DNA of 64,000 bases from Mobula hypostoma (taxonomy: Eukaryota), in assembly GCF_963921235.1 (NCBI RefSeq), contig NC_086108.1, positions 70,992,001 to 71,056,000 on the forward strand. Reading direction: 5' to 3'. The position numbers and the translations under genes are program-made. Position 1 is the stretch's first letter; each line of letters opens with the position of its first letter. Under the pieces are notes generated by a model. The model saw only the letters and a program-made list of their open reading frames with translations, was not told where the DNA came from and ran no database searches. This document shows positions 50,301-62,551 of the stretch, piece after piece.

Positions 50301-50490
50301 CACCGTGGAGACCAAGTTTGAGTATATTTAAAACAGAGGTTGATAGGTTCTTGATTATTCAGGGTGTCAAAGGTTACAGGGAGAAGGCAGGAGAATGAAT
50401 TTGAGAGAGATAGTAAATCAGCCATGATGTAATTGTGGAACAGACTTGATGGGCCTAATGGCTTAATTCTGATCCTAAGTCTTATGGTGT
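47375..50490 (+). mobile_element. Older CR1 3' fragment split by an opposite-strand CR1 (pieces about 47375-47407 and 49871-50490)
   Basis: GGTTGAGTCGGCGGTAAG resumes as GGAAGGTAAATACAATGTTAGC, followed by RPHSEYC and a CR1 3' UTR. Confidence 0.7.
47408..49870 (-). mobile_element. Young CR1 LINE ORF2, 5'-truncated in the endonuclease
   Basis: ORFs 49387-49842 (MGDFN, SDHN), 48427-49371, 48136-48390 (KFADDTK), 47798-48061 and 47488-47892. An 11 bp tandem ACTGTAGCATT lies at the 5' junction. Confidence 0.92.
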
Positions 50491-50519
50491 AAGAGTTTCT
50501 TAAATGCCTCTTCTGACGG

Positions 50520-51265
50520 AAATTGTGGAGAATGATGTATGTGGAAGGTCATGGGGTGGTATGTAAGGAAAAGAGGAACTCTATCACTGTTAAGATGGCA
50601 GGAAGATGGTGTGAGTGCAGGTGTTTGGGAAATGGAGGAGGTGTGGGTGAAGGGGCCAACGGTTTTGGCCCGAAACGTCGACTGTACTTTTTTCAATTGA
50701 TGCTGCCTGGCCTGCTGAGTTGTTCCAGTATTTTGTGTGTGTTGCTGGAAGTGTTGGGAAGCATTGCTGAAGAAGACTTTGAACATGAACTGTTCTACAT
50801 AGCCAACGAAAATGCAGGCATAACTGCAGCCCATGCAGGTGCCCATAGCTACTCCTCGAGTCTGGAAAAAATGGGAGGAGCCAAAGGAAAGATTGTTGAG
50901 GTTGAGGACCAGTTCTGTCAGATAGATGAAGGTGGTGGTGGGGGGGAAACTGGTTGTTTTTTTATTGAAAAAGAAGTATAGAGATTTAAGGCCTTATTCT
51001 TGGGGAATAAAAACGTATAGGGACTTGACATCCATGGTGAAAATGAGGTAGTAAGGGCCAGGGAATTGAAAGCTATTGAGGAGGTCGAGAGCATGAGAAG
51101 TGTTGTTGGATGTAGTTGGGAAGGGACTAAACCAAGGGGGATAGAATGGAGTAGAGGTATAAGGACAAAACTTCTATTGCGAAAGAAGCAGAGAGCTTTA
51201 AGGCCTTCTTGATGGGGGATAGAAGGGTATGGGGGATAGAAGGGTATAGGGACTAGGCATTTCTA
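50520..51265 (-). mobile_element. Penelope-like RT fragment with an inverted terminal-repeat piece at about 50660-50745
   Basis: MGTCMGCSYACIFVGYVEQ (Penelope RT motif region) and DRVPLFLTYHP. Confidence 0.75.
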
Positions 51266-52499
51266 AACATCAGAGTTGCTATGTGCTGATTTATAAATTA
51301 AGTATAGTGGCAACTGAATAGAAATTGTATTTTCAGTAAAACTCTTAAAATGCCTCAAAGCCTGACATTTACTGCTGTTTGAAAAATTGACTTAACCTGC
51401 AACTTCACACACTCAAAGACCTGTGAACTGTTACATTATGCCTCTAATTCTAGTCATGGATTACATTACATCATAGAATTTGCGTGCTCACTAACTTTTG
51501 ACATTGAAACTTAGAAACGATGGGCTTTTTTACAGAAGATTAACACAATTTTATGTTTCATGATGCAAAGTCTTTTTAATTATCAGCTAGATACTTTGTT
51601 CAGATAGCTTTAAACGCTGTTATGAAACTGTAAACAATTGATGAGGCACTTTTATGTAAAAAAAACCAATTGTTCTATGATGTTCCAGTGTTTAGTATAT
51701 CTGCTTCAATTCTGTGAGTTGGTATTGGATCTGCAGAGTGAGGAAATGGAAGTGATGCAATAGATCAATCATGGTTATGTTTATATTTATTTATATATAT
51801 AAAAGCAGAAGTAGGCAAATTGCCCTTCCCTTTTGCTCTACCATTCCACAAAAACATGCCCATGTGTCACTTTCCTCTATGAAATCCATATTTCCTGGTT
51901 CTTCTAATATCTAAAATTGCAATGTTCCATCTTAAAATAGGCAAGTGACCAAGACTGCAAAGGCGCCTTTCTTAGTTAATTCCAAAGCATGCCTAACTTT
52001 TGGGTGAAAAAAAACTTTTTATCTATGCCATGAATGGACAACCATTTGTTTTGACATTGTGATTCCTAGTTCCTGGCTCCTAAACCAAGAGAAACATCAT
52101 TCCTGAAATCCCACAAGAATTTTGTATGTTTAAATGGGATTAGCTCTCATCCTTCTAAACTCCAATGAGGGAAGTGCTAGTCCACTGGGCTTTATAGTAA
52201 TGGGTTATTTTTATTTCATTATTACTTCACTCAACATCTTGTTTATTATTGTTTGTAGAGCTCTATTAAATGTCCATCTGAATTAATACATACAATGTAT
52301 TCCCTTATAAAGAAATAACAAGTAAGAGTGCTGTTTTTTTGTTAAGAACTGTGGTACCACTAACCCACTGGTTTTTTGCAATGGGTTCCTAGAATCACTA
52401 AGGCAAGCTACTGGGAAGAACTCTCTTTCTCAGTGGTCATCCTTAGTAATTCTTCAAAGTTAATTTATGTTGGTGTAAGAATTTTGTGACCAGTTTGTT

Positions 52500-54760
52500 T
52501 CAAAGTAAAGTCATCATATACAATCCTGAGATTCAGTAAATCAAAGAACCATAATGGAATCAATGCAAGACTGCCCCCAAACAGGGCAGACAAACAACCA
52601 AAGTGCAAAAGACAACAAACTGCAAATACGAAAGAAAAAAGAAGTAATAATAAGTAAATAAGCAATAAATATCGAAAATATGAGATAAAGTGTCTTTGAA
52701 AGTGAGTCCAAAAGTTGTGGGAACAGTTCAGTGTTGGGGCAAGTGAAGTTATCCCCACTGGTTCAAGAGCCTGATGGTTGAGGGTTAATAACTGTTCCTG
52801 AACCTGGTTGTGTGAATCCTGAAGCTCCTGTACCACGTTCCTGATGGCAGCAGTGAGAAGAGAGCATGACCTGGGTGGTGGGGTACCCTGATGATGGATG
52901 CTGCTTTCCTGTGACAATGCTCCATCTAGATATGCTCAGTGGTGAGGAGGGATTTACCTGTGATGTACTGGGCCATATCCACTACTTTTCTAAAGACTTT
53001 CTCCTAGTGTGGAGTGCCCTTCTGCTTCAAAACATCCTCCATTGTTCCTGTACCTAAAAGGACCACGGTAACATGTCTGAACGACTGGCACCCTGTCACA
53101 CTCACCGCAATAATAAGCAAATGCTTTGAGAGTCTGGTCAAGGACTACACCTGCAGCATGCTACCACCCACACTGGACCCCCTACAATTCACCTATCGAC
53201 ACAACTGATAGACAGATGATGCAATAGCCACTGCTCTACACATCGTCCTTACACATCTGGAGAAGAAGGATGCTTATGTGAGACTGCTGTTCTTAGACTA
53301 CAGTTCAGTATTCAACACCATAATTCCCTCCAGGCTCAACAAGAAGCTCAGAGACCTCGGCCTTCACCCTGCCTTGTGCAGCTGGATCCTGGACTTCCTG
53401 TTAGATTGCCGAAAGGTGGTAAGAATGGGCTCCCTCACCTCTGCCCCTCTGCTCCTCAACACAGGTGCCCATCAGGGTTGTGTCTTAAGCCCCCTCCTTT
53501 ACTCTCTGTATACCCATGACTGTGTCGCTACCCACATCTCCTATCTAATTAAATTTGCTGATGACACTACACTGATTGGCCTAATCTCAAATAATAATGA
53601 GGCAGCCGACAGAGAAGGAGTCATCACCCTGAGACTGTGGTGTCAAGAAAACAACCTCTCCCTCAATGTTGCAAAAACAAAGGAGCTGATTGTGGACTAC
53701 AGGAGGAATGGACATAGGCTAGCCCCTATTGACATCAATGGATCTGGAGTTGAGAGGGTGAACAGCTTTAAGTTCCTTGGCATAAACATCACCGAGGATC
53801 TCATGTGGTCTGTGCATACTGGCTGTGTGGTGAAAAAAGCACAACAGCGCCTCTTTCACCTCAGATGGTTGATGGGCACAATTGAGAGCGTCCTGACTGG
53901 CTGCATCACTGCCTGGTGTGGGAACTGTATTTCCCTCAATCACAGGACTCCACAGAGAGTGGTGCGGACAGCCCAGTGCATCTGTAGATGTGAACTTCCC
54001 ACACTTCCCACTATTCCCACTATTCAGGACATTTACAAAGGCAGGTGTATAAAAAGGGCCCAAAGAATCATTGGGGACCCGAGTCACCCCAATCACAAAC
54101 TGTTCCAGCTGCTACCATCCGGGAAACGGTACCACAACTTAAAAGCCAGGACCAACAGGCTCTGGGACAGCTTCTTCCACCAGGCCATCAGACTGATTAA
54201 TTCATGCTGACACAATTGTATTTCTATGTTATATTGACTGTCCTGTTCTTCATGCTATTTATTATAAATTACTATAAATTGCACATTTAGACGGAGACGT
54301 AACGTAAAGGTTTTTACTCCTGGTATATATGAAGGATGTAAGTAATAAAGTCAATTCAATTCAATTCAAGGACATTGATGTTTCTAGACCAGGATGCATC
54401 CAGTCAATATATTCTGCACTACACATCTATAGAAGTTTTAGATGTCATGCTGAATCTTTGTAAACTCCTAAGGAAGTAGAGGTGCTGCCGTGCTTTCTTC
54501 ATAATTGCACTTATGTGTTGGGCCCAAGGCAGGTCCACTGAAATGACAACACAGAGGAATTTTAAATTTCTGTCCTTCTCCACCTTCGATTCCCCTGATG
54601 AGAACTGGCTCATGGACCTCTGCTATCCCCCTCCTGAAGTGAATAATCAGCTACTTGTTTTTTTTGGGGGGAGAGGGGGAGAGAGGGAGAGAGAGAGAGA
54701 GAGAAAAGAAGAACTACTCAATCAGATTTCAAACTCCCTCCTATTACACTGATGCAATCT
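52500..54760 (-). mobile_element. Older Rex1/Babar-like 3' fragment, split by an opposite-strand copy
   Basis: 3' UTR at 52500-52800. ORF 54419-54613 has NLKFLCVVISVDLPWAQH...KKARQHLYFLR. Confidence 0.7.
53001..54369 (+). mobile_element. Rex1/Babar-like LINE 3' half with a 310 aa open RT fragment
   Basis: ORF 53278-54210 (LFLDYSSVFNTI, GAHQGCVLSPLLYS, KFADDTT), followed by AATAAA and a (TCAAT)n tail ending at 54369. Confidence 0.9.
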
Positions 54761-55056
54761 GCATAGTAAAATTGGTAACTTTTATTATTGTCACATGTAT
54801 CAAGGTACAGTGAAAATCTTGTCTTACAAATTGACCATACAGATCAATTAATTACAACAGTGCATTGAGATAGTACAAAGTAAAAATAATAACAGAATGC
54901 AGAATCAAGTGTTACAGGTAGAGAGAAAATGAAGCACAGATAGACAATATGGTGCAAGGCAATATTGAGGTAGCTTCTGAGGTCATGTCCGTGAACAGTA
55001 TGCAAGACGGGCTTTTCTCTGTACCTTGCTACATGTGAAAATAAACCAGTTTTCTG

Positions 55057-55150
55057 TAGTCCTTATGAATGGTCTCAGCCTGAAATGTCAACTGTTTACT
55101 CTTTTCCATAGATGCTGCCTGGCCTGCTGAGTTCCTCCAGCATTTTTCTA
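55057..55150 (+). mobile_element. Isolated Penelope terminal-repeat fragment with a decayed hammerhead motif
   Basis: TAGTC-CTTATGA-ATGGTCTCAGCCT-GAAA-TGTC-AACTG followed by GATGCTGCCTGGCCTGCTGAGTTCCTCCAGC. Confidence 0.7.
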
Positions 55151-55347
55151 TGTTATCTTTATTTCTCCTCAAACTATAACTGCAACTTTTAGTAGCATCT
55201 TGAAATGTTAGCAGCATGAAAGTGAATTATTCTGGGAACTATGAAACATTTTATATCATTTCCTGAGTATCAGTGAAATTTGAGAAATTACTAAAGACAA
55301 TGATGTCCTGATTTGGGATTCAGTGTCCCGTAATTTGCCTGTATATA

Positions 55348-56974
55348 CAGTGGCATGCAAAAGTTTGGGCACCCCTGGTCAAAATTTCTGTTACTGTGAA
55401 TAGTTAAGTGAGTAGAAGATGAACTGATCTCCAGAAGTTATAAAGTTAAAGATGAAATATTCTTTTCAACATTTTAAGCAAGATTAGTGTATTGTTTTTG
55501 TTTTGTACAATTTTAGAGTGGAAAAAAGGGAAAGGACCACCATGCAAAAGTTTGAACACCTCAAGAGATTTGAGCTCTCAGATAACTTTTAGCAAGGTCT
55601 CAGACCTTAATTAGCTTGTTAGGGCTATGGCTTGTTCACAGTCATCGTTAGGAAAGGCCAGGTGATGCAAATTTCAAAGCTTTATAAATACCCTGACTCC
55701 TCAAACCTTGTCCCAACAATCAGCAGCCATGGGGTCCTCTAAACAGCTGCCTAGCACTCTGAAAATTAAAATAAATGATGCCCACAAAGCAGGAGAAAGC
55801 TATAAGAAGATAGCAAAGCGTTTTCAGGTAGCCGTTTCCTCAGTTCATAATGTAATTAAGAAATGGCAATTAACAGGAATGGTGGAGGTCAAGTTGAGGT
55901 CTGGAAGACCAAGAAAACTTTCGAAGAGAACTGCTCGTAGGATTGCTAGAAAAGCAAATCAAAAGCCTCATTTGACTGCAAAAGACCTTCAGGAAGATTT
56001 AGCAGACTCTGGAGTGGTGGTGCACTGTTCTACTGTGCAGTGACACTTGCACAAATATGACCTTCATAGAAGAGTCATCAGAAGAAAACCTTTCCTGCAT
56101 CCTCACCACAAAATTCAGCGTCAGAAGTTCGCGAAGTAACATCTAAACGAGCCTGATACGTTTTGGAAACAAGTCCTGTGGACTGATGAGGTTAAAATAG
56201 GACTTTTTGGCAGCAATGAGCAAAGGTATGTTTGGAGAAAAAAGCGTGCAGAATTTCATGAAAAGAACACCTCTCCAACTGTTAAGCACGGGGGTGGATC
56301 GATCATGCTTTGGGCTTGTGTTGCAGCCAGTGGCACGGGGAACATTTCACTGGTAGAGGGAAGAATGAATTCAATTAAATACCAGCAAATTCTGGAAGCA
56401 AACATCACACCGTCTGTAAAAAAAAAAGCCGAAGATGAAAAGAGGATGCCTTCTACAACAGGATAATGATCCTAAACACACCTCAGAATCACAATGGACT
56501 ACCTCAAGAGGCGCAAGCTGAAGAGTTTGCCATGGCCCTCACAGTCCCCTGACCTAAACATCATCGAGAATCTGTGGATCAACCTCAAAAGAGCAGTGCA
56601 TGCAAGACAGCCCAAGAATCTCACAGAACTAGAAGCCTTTTGCAGGGAAGAATGGGGGAAAATCCCCCAAACAAGAATTGAAAGACTCTTAGCTGGCTAC
56701 AGAAAGTGTTTACAAGCTGTGATACTTGCCAAAGTGGGTGTTACTAAGTACCAACCATGTAGGGTGCCCAAACTTTTGCTTCAGGCCCTTTTCCTTTTTT
56801 GTTATTTTGAAACTGTGAAAGATGGAAATAAAAAAGTAATCTTGCTTAAAATATTAAAGAAATGTGTTATCTTTAACTTTATGCCTTTTGGAAATCAAGT
56901 CATCTTTTACTTGTTTAGCTATTCACAGTAACAGAAATTTTGACCAGGGGTGCCCAAACTTTTGCATACCACTA
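55348..56974 (+). mobile_element. Full-length Tc1-family transposon (1627 bp, IR/DR type) with a DD34E transposase pseudogene
   Basis: TA on both sides, TIR CAGTGGCATGCAAAAGTTTGGGCACCCCTGGTCAAAATTTCTGTTACTGTGAATAG and its reverse complement, and inner direct repeats at about 55541 and 56763. ATG at 55729, GRPRK, WTDE, QDNDPKH and SPDLNIIE. Stops at 56041 and about 56137, plus frameshifts. Confidence 0.96.
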
Positions 56975-58507
56975 TATAATTTTTTTAATCATGCTGCATT
57001 TTATGTCATGCTTAAACTGTTCATAGAAACTACCAAAAACATAGATAAAATCAAACCACTTCTTTTCTTCTATATTCACTCTGTTTAATTGTATGGAATG
57101 AGAGTGACCAAATGACAACAAGATGTTGGCACACAAAACCTACAGGTACAAGTGTACAGGAGGTGGAATTGAAAGAGCACCAATTGGTAGGCTTTAGTGG
57201 TGTGGAAAATTAAAGTAATTAGTTGAATCCGTGGAGGAGTTTAAAATGAAGATGAGAACTTTAATGTTAAAACTATGATGTACACACACATAGTTTTACC
57301 AGAATGATAGCAAACATGAGATACCTAGTTTTTGGTAAGAGGCTTGAGCTAATGGGTCCCATCATCTTGCATCTTTGATACTAATGCAGTTCCCAATGGG
57401 GCCATTTCTGTGATGTGGCATAAAGGGGATCGAGCTGTGAAATGATATTGCAACTCTATAAAATTCTTCTTAGACCACACTTGTTATATTGTGTTCAGTT
57501 CTGGTCATCTTGGTAAACTTGCTCACAGCAACTTGTAAAAGATGGGTGTCACTCGGACCTGGAGACTGCCTGACAAAAGAGGAATGCAACAGCCGTGCCT
57601 ACTGAATCAGGGCAACTCCCTTGTCTCCACTGTGAATGTCTATGCCTCCACGGTCTCCTCCAAACACACTTCAGATGAACTGCACAAGCACAATCGTCAT
57701 GCTCAAAATCGATGGGCAACCAACATTATAGGAACGATGTGGAAACTTTGATGGTGTAGAGATTTACTAGCATGCTGTCTGGATTAGAGAGCATGTCTTC
57801 TGAGGATAGACTGAGCGAGCTAGGACTTTTCTTTCTGGAATGAAGGAGGTTGAGAGGTGACTTGCTATACAAGATGATAAGAGGCATAGATTGAGTGGTT
57901 AGCTAGAGACTTTTTCCTAGATGGAAACGGCTAATACATGGGGGAGAAGCATAATTTTAAGGTGATTGACCATAAGACATAGGGGCAGAATTAGGCCATT
58001 TGGCCTATTGAGTCTGCTCAGATATTTAAACATGGCTGACCCTATTTTCCCCCTCCTCAGCCTCACTCCACTGCCTTCTCCTCGTAACCTTTGATGCTGT
58101 GTCCGATCAAGAATCTAACAAGCTCTACCTTAAATACACCCAATGACCTGGCCTCCACAGCTGCCTGTGGTAATAAATTCCACAAGTTCACCACCCTCTG
58201 GCTAAAGAAATTTCTCCGCATCTCTGTTTTAAATGGACGCCCCTCTATCCTGAGGCTGTGCCCTCTTGTCCTAGACTGCTTCGCCATGGGAAACATCCTT
58301 TCCACATCTTCTCTGTCTAGGCCTTTCAACATTTGAAAGGTTTCAATAAGATTCCCACTCATCCTTCAAAATTCCAGCGAGTACAGACCCAGAGTCATCA
58401 AACATTCCTCGTATGATAACTCTTTCATTCCTGGAATCATCCTTGTGAACCCTCTTCAATGCCAGCACATCTTTTCTTAGATGTGGAGCCCAAAACTGTT
58501 CACAATT

Positions 58508-59111
58508 CAGGTGTGCGCCGATTAACGTCCATTTGGACAACGTCCGATTGCGTATATGTACATAGACCCGATCGGAGAATGTGACGTAGCAACATAACCA
58601 ATCTCGTGTATCGTGCGTCTCTTGAGTGTAGTACTGTTATCTCTCGGTTTAATTTTCTTTCGAAAATATTACCGTAAAGTGCATCATGGCTTCCAAACGC
58701 AGCAAAACCACTCCTAGTGATAGCAGCAGCAAGAGGCAAAGGAAAAGTATTGATTTGGAAGTGAAACAAAAGGTTATTAAACAATATGAAGGTGGAAAAC
58801 CAGTGAATGCTATTGCTCGGGATTTAGGCATGTCGCACTCGACAATCACGACGATCCTGAAAAACAAAGAAAAAATTCTCGAAGCTGTTAAAGGATCGGC
58901 TTCACTGAAAACTACAAGGCTCACAAAAATGCAAGAGAGACCTATATCGGATATGGAGAAATTGCTAATGACATGGATTTAGTCAATACAGGTACACTAC
59001 AGTACTCCATATAGGTTTGCTAAGTATATAATATGGTGTTCGCACAACATCCAAATCACATAACGTTCAATTTCACAGAACGTATAGTGGACGTTAAGCA
59101 ACGCATACCTG
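58508..59111 (+). mobile_element. Internally deleted Tigger/pogo element (604 bp) with both TIRs
   Basis: Left CAGGTGTGCGCCGATTAACGTCCA versus right (reverse complement) CAGGTATGCGTTGCTTAACGTCCA. Inserted at the TA of CR1 CACAATACTC (left flank now TT). Confidence 0.9.
58686..58982 (+). CDS. Truncated Tigger transposase N-terminus (CENP-B/psq-type HTH), 98 aa
   Basis: RKSIDLEVKQKVIKQYEGGK...IARDLGMSHSTITTILKNKEKI...MEKLLMTWI, with a good start context (ATCATGG). Expression unknown. Confidence 0.6.
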   Translation: MASKRSKTTPSDSSSKRQRKSIDLEVKQKVIKQYEGGKPVNAIARDLGMSHSTITTILKNKEKILEAVKGSASLKTTRLTKMQERPISDMEKLLMTWI

Positions 59112-62100
59112 TACTCAAGGTGAGGCCTCACCAGTACCTTATAAAGCCTCGGCATCCCATCCCTTGTATTCTAGACCTCTTGAAATGAACGCTAACTTGC
59201 ACTTGCCGCCTTAGCCTCCGACTCTACCTGCAAGTTAACCTTTAGGGTGTTCTGCACAAGGATTCCCAAGTCCCGTTGCATCTCAGATTTTTTAATTTTC
59301 TCCCTGTTTAGAAAATAATCTGAACATTTATTTCTACTACCAAAGTGCATGGCCATGCATTTTCCAACATTGTATTTCATTTGCCACTCTCTTACCCATT
59401 CTCCTAATCTGTCTAAGTCCTTCTGCAGCCTACCTGTTTCCTCAACACTACCTGCCCCTCCACCAATCTTTATATCACCTGCAAACTTCGCAACAAAGCC
59501 ATCTATTCTATCATCTAAGTCACTGACATGCAGCATAAAAAGAAATGGACCCAACACTGACCCCTGTGGAACACCACTACTCACTGTCAGCCAACCAGAA
59601 AAGGGTCCTTTTATTCCTACTTGCTCCCTCCTACCAATCAGCCTGTGCCCTAACTTTCCTGTAATACCATGGACTCTTGTGGCACCTTGTCAAAGTCCTT
59701 CTGAAAGTCCAAATATACAATATCCACTGCATCCGCTTTATCTATCCCACTTGTAATCTCCTCAAAGAATTCCAACAGATCCGTCAGGCAAGAATTTCCC
59801 TTGAGGAAGCCATACTGACTTTATCCTATCTTATTCTGTGTCACCAAGTACTCCATAACCCCATCCTTAGCAATTGATTCCAATATCTTCCCAACCAAGG
59901 GAAAAGCAAATTGTGGAGAAGATATGGAGAAGCTGCAGAGAGATATAGTTAGGTTTAGTGAATGGGCAAGGATCTGGCAGATGGAATACAATGTTGGTAA
60001 AAGTGAGGTCATCCACTTTTGATGGAAAAATGGAAGAGCAGATTAATATTTAAATGGTAAAAAATTGCACCACGCTGCTGAGTAGGAGGACTTGGGAGTG
60101 CTTGTGCATGAATCACAAAAGGCTCATTTGCAGGTGCAGCAGGCTGTCAAGAAGGCAAATGGAATCTTGGCCAGCCTTCATTGCTAGAGGGATTGAATTT
60201 AAAAGATGGACGTTACGCAACTGTATAGGGTACTGGTGAGGCCGCATCTGGTGTACCTTGTGCAGTTCTGGTCTCTTTACTTGAGGAAAGATATACTGGC
60301 CTTGAGGCATGCAGAGGAAGTTCACCAGGTTGATTCCAGAGATTAAGAGGTTAGACTATGAGGAGAGATCGAGTCGCCTAGAAATGTACTGGCTGGAATT
60401 CAGAAGAATGAGAGGAGATCTTATAGAAACATATGAAATTATGAAAGGGATAGATAAGATAGAGGCAGGAAAGTTGTTTCCATTGGTAGGTGAGACTAGA
60501 ACTAGGGGCATAGCCTCAGGATTCCGGGGAGTAAACTTAGGACGAAGATGAGGAGGAACTGTTTTTCCCAGAGAGTGCAGAATCGTGGAATTCTCTGCCA
60601 ATGAAGCAGTGGAGGCTACCTCAGTAAATATATTTAAGACAAGGTTGGATAGGAATTTGTTTCCACATGCAGCTGTGGAGGCCAGGTCATTGGGTGTTTT
60701 TGAGGCAGAGAGTGATAAGTTCTTGACGAGACATGTCATCAAAGGTTATGGGGAGAAGGCTGGGAACTGGGTTGAGGAGGCGGAAAAAAGGATCAGCTAT
60801 GATTGAATGGCGGAGCAGACTTGATGGGCCAGATGGCCTAATTCTGCTCCAAAAGCAGGTAGGTGGAGATGAGTCCATGGCTAGATCAGCCATAATCTTA
60901 CTGAATGGCAGAGCAGGCTCGACAGGCCAGATGGCCTACTCCTGCTCCTATTTCTTATGTTCTTACGTAACCACTGATGTCAGGCTAACTGGTCTATAAT
61001 TTCTTTTCTGCTGCCTTCCTCCTTTCTTAAAGAGTGGGGTGACATTTGCAATTTTCCAGTCCTCTGGCACCATGCCAGAATCCAATGATTTTTGAAAGAT
61101 CATTAATAATGCCTCCACAATCTTTACTGCTACCTCTTTCAGATCCCTAGGGTGCAGTTCATCTGGTCCGGGAACTTGCGTACCCTTAGGTCTTTCATCT
61201 TTTTGAGCACTTTCTCCCTTGTAATAGTAACTGCACTCACTTCTCTTCTCTCATACCCTTCAACATCTGGCACACTGCTAGTGTCTTCCACAGTGAAGAC
61301 TGATGCAAAATACTCATTTTGTTCATCTGACATCTTGTCCCCCACCGTTATTTCTCCGGCCTCATTTTCTAGCTATCCATTATCCACTCTTATCTGTATT
61401 TTATGTTTTACCTACTTGAAAAAGCTTTTACTATCCACTTTGATATTGTTTGCTAGCTTGCTTTCATATTTCATCTTATCCGTACTTTTTAGTTGCTCTC
61501 TGCAGGGTTTTAAAAGCTTCCTAATCCTCTGACTTCCCACAAATTTTTGCTTTGTTGTATGCCCCCTCTTTTGGAAGGAAGTATGGGGTGGGGCGGGGGG
61601 GAACGTCAGAGGTAAGTTTTTTACACAGAGAGTGATGAGTGCATGGAATGCCCTGTCAGGGATGGTGTTAGAGACTGCTATGTTAGGGGCATTTGAGAAA
61701 CTCTTAGATAGGCACTAGGAAAGACACTTAAATTTAATTTGAGTATAATTCCTTCCTCAGCCTTTTAGAGTGGAACCTCATCATTGCAATCTGACAGGGA
61801 AATGGTGATTTTTTTTTTAGTTTTATGTTTCTCGAAATTTCTATCCTCTAGAGCTAACAATTTTTGGTACAAATTTGATTGTTTCCAAACAATGTTGACT
61901 GCGTAGAAAGTAGCTGAGATGAAAAAGAGAATGAAAGTTTACTTTGATCTGTTTTTAAAATTAGAACTACTTAGCTGTTTGTATGTCAGAAGTGTAATTC
62001 TCAACAAAAATCATTAGTTTCTGAAGTATTTCCCCTTGCATTTATTTTAAATGAATGAATTACAATTTCAGATGTGTACTAATTATCCTTGAAAAGTGAA

Positions 62101-62212
62101 GGGGAACCTGCATGTTGTGCTGAAGATTCATTAGCATTGTTTCATTTCATTCCAATTCATACTTTTTAGAAGTTATTAATTCAAGTATATCTTTTTCTTG
62201 TCTGACATGTAG

Positions 62213-62379
62213 GATGATATAATGTCATTTGAAGCTGAGAAGCAGGTTGTGTATCTACAAGTTTATCGTCCTGTGTACTTTCAATTAGTTGATGTTCTGC
62301 TCCACAAAGCTCAGTTCCCTTCAGATGAAGAATATTCCTCTTGGTCTTCTGATGAAAAAGAACAATTTAGAATATACAG
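62213..62379 (+). CDS. IPO13: Importin-13 coding exon 5 (167 nt); gene continues beyond the window
   Basis: Acceptor TGTAG|GAT, translation DDIMSFEAEKQVVYLQVYRPVYFQLVDVLLHKAQFPSDEEYSSWSSDEKEQFRIYR, donor CAG|GTAAGA. Not in the ORF track. Confidence 0.96.
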
Positions 62380-62551
62380 GTAAGAAAGTAATGCTCCACA
62401 GGAAAAATATTTAGGTGTTTGCAGTCCAGCAAGTGTCTTGTTCTTTTTTTCTGCTTACTAATTGTTGAAACTTGATGTTGAATAGATGGTAATGACACAT
62501 TACAGATTATTAATCACATGCAGTTTATTTTGTCACTTTGCTCAAAGGAAG

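Larger units (their letters stand above)
57400..61715. mobile_element. Nested CR1 cluster: + strand host (57400-57970 and 61575-61715), - strand CR1 (57970-61570), + strand CR1 pieces (59898-60968)
   Basis: CR1 RT and 3' motifs on alternating strands. The minus-strand copy breaks at CCCAACCA (59897) and resumes at AACCACTGATG (60969). Confidence 0.8.

Noticed and set aside
9011..54210. Multiple reverse transcriptase ORFs as a retron, DGR or novel RT system
   Set aside because: All carry CR1, Rex1/Babar or Penelope motifs with APE or GIY-YIG partners, stops, frameshifts and LINE-type tails. They are ordinary decayed retrotransposons.
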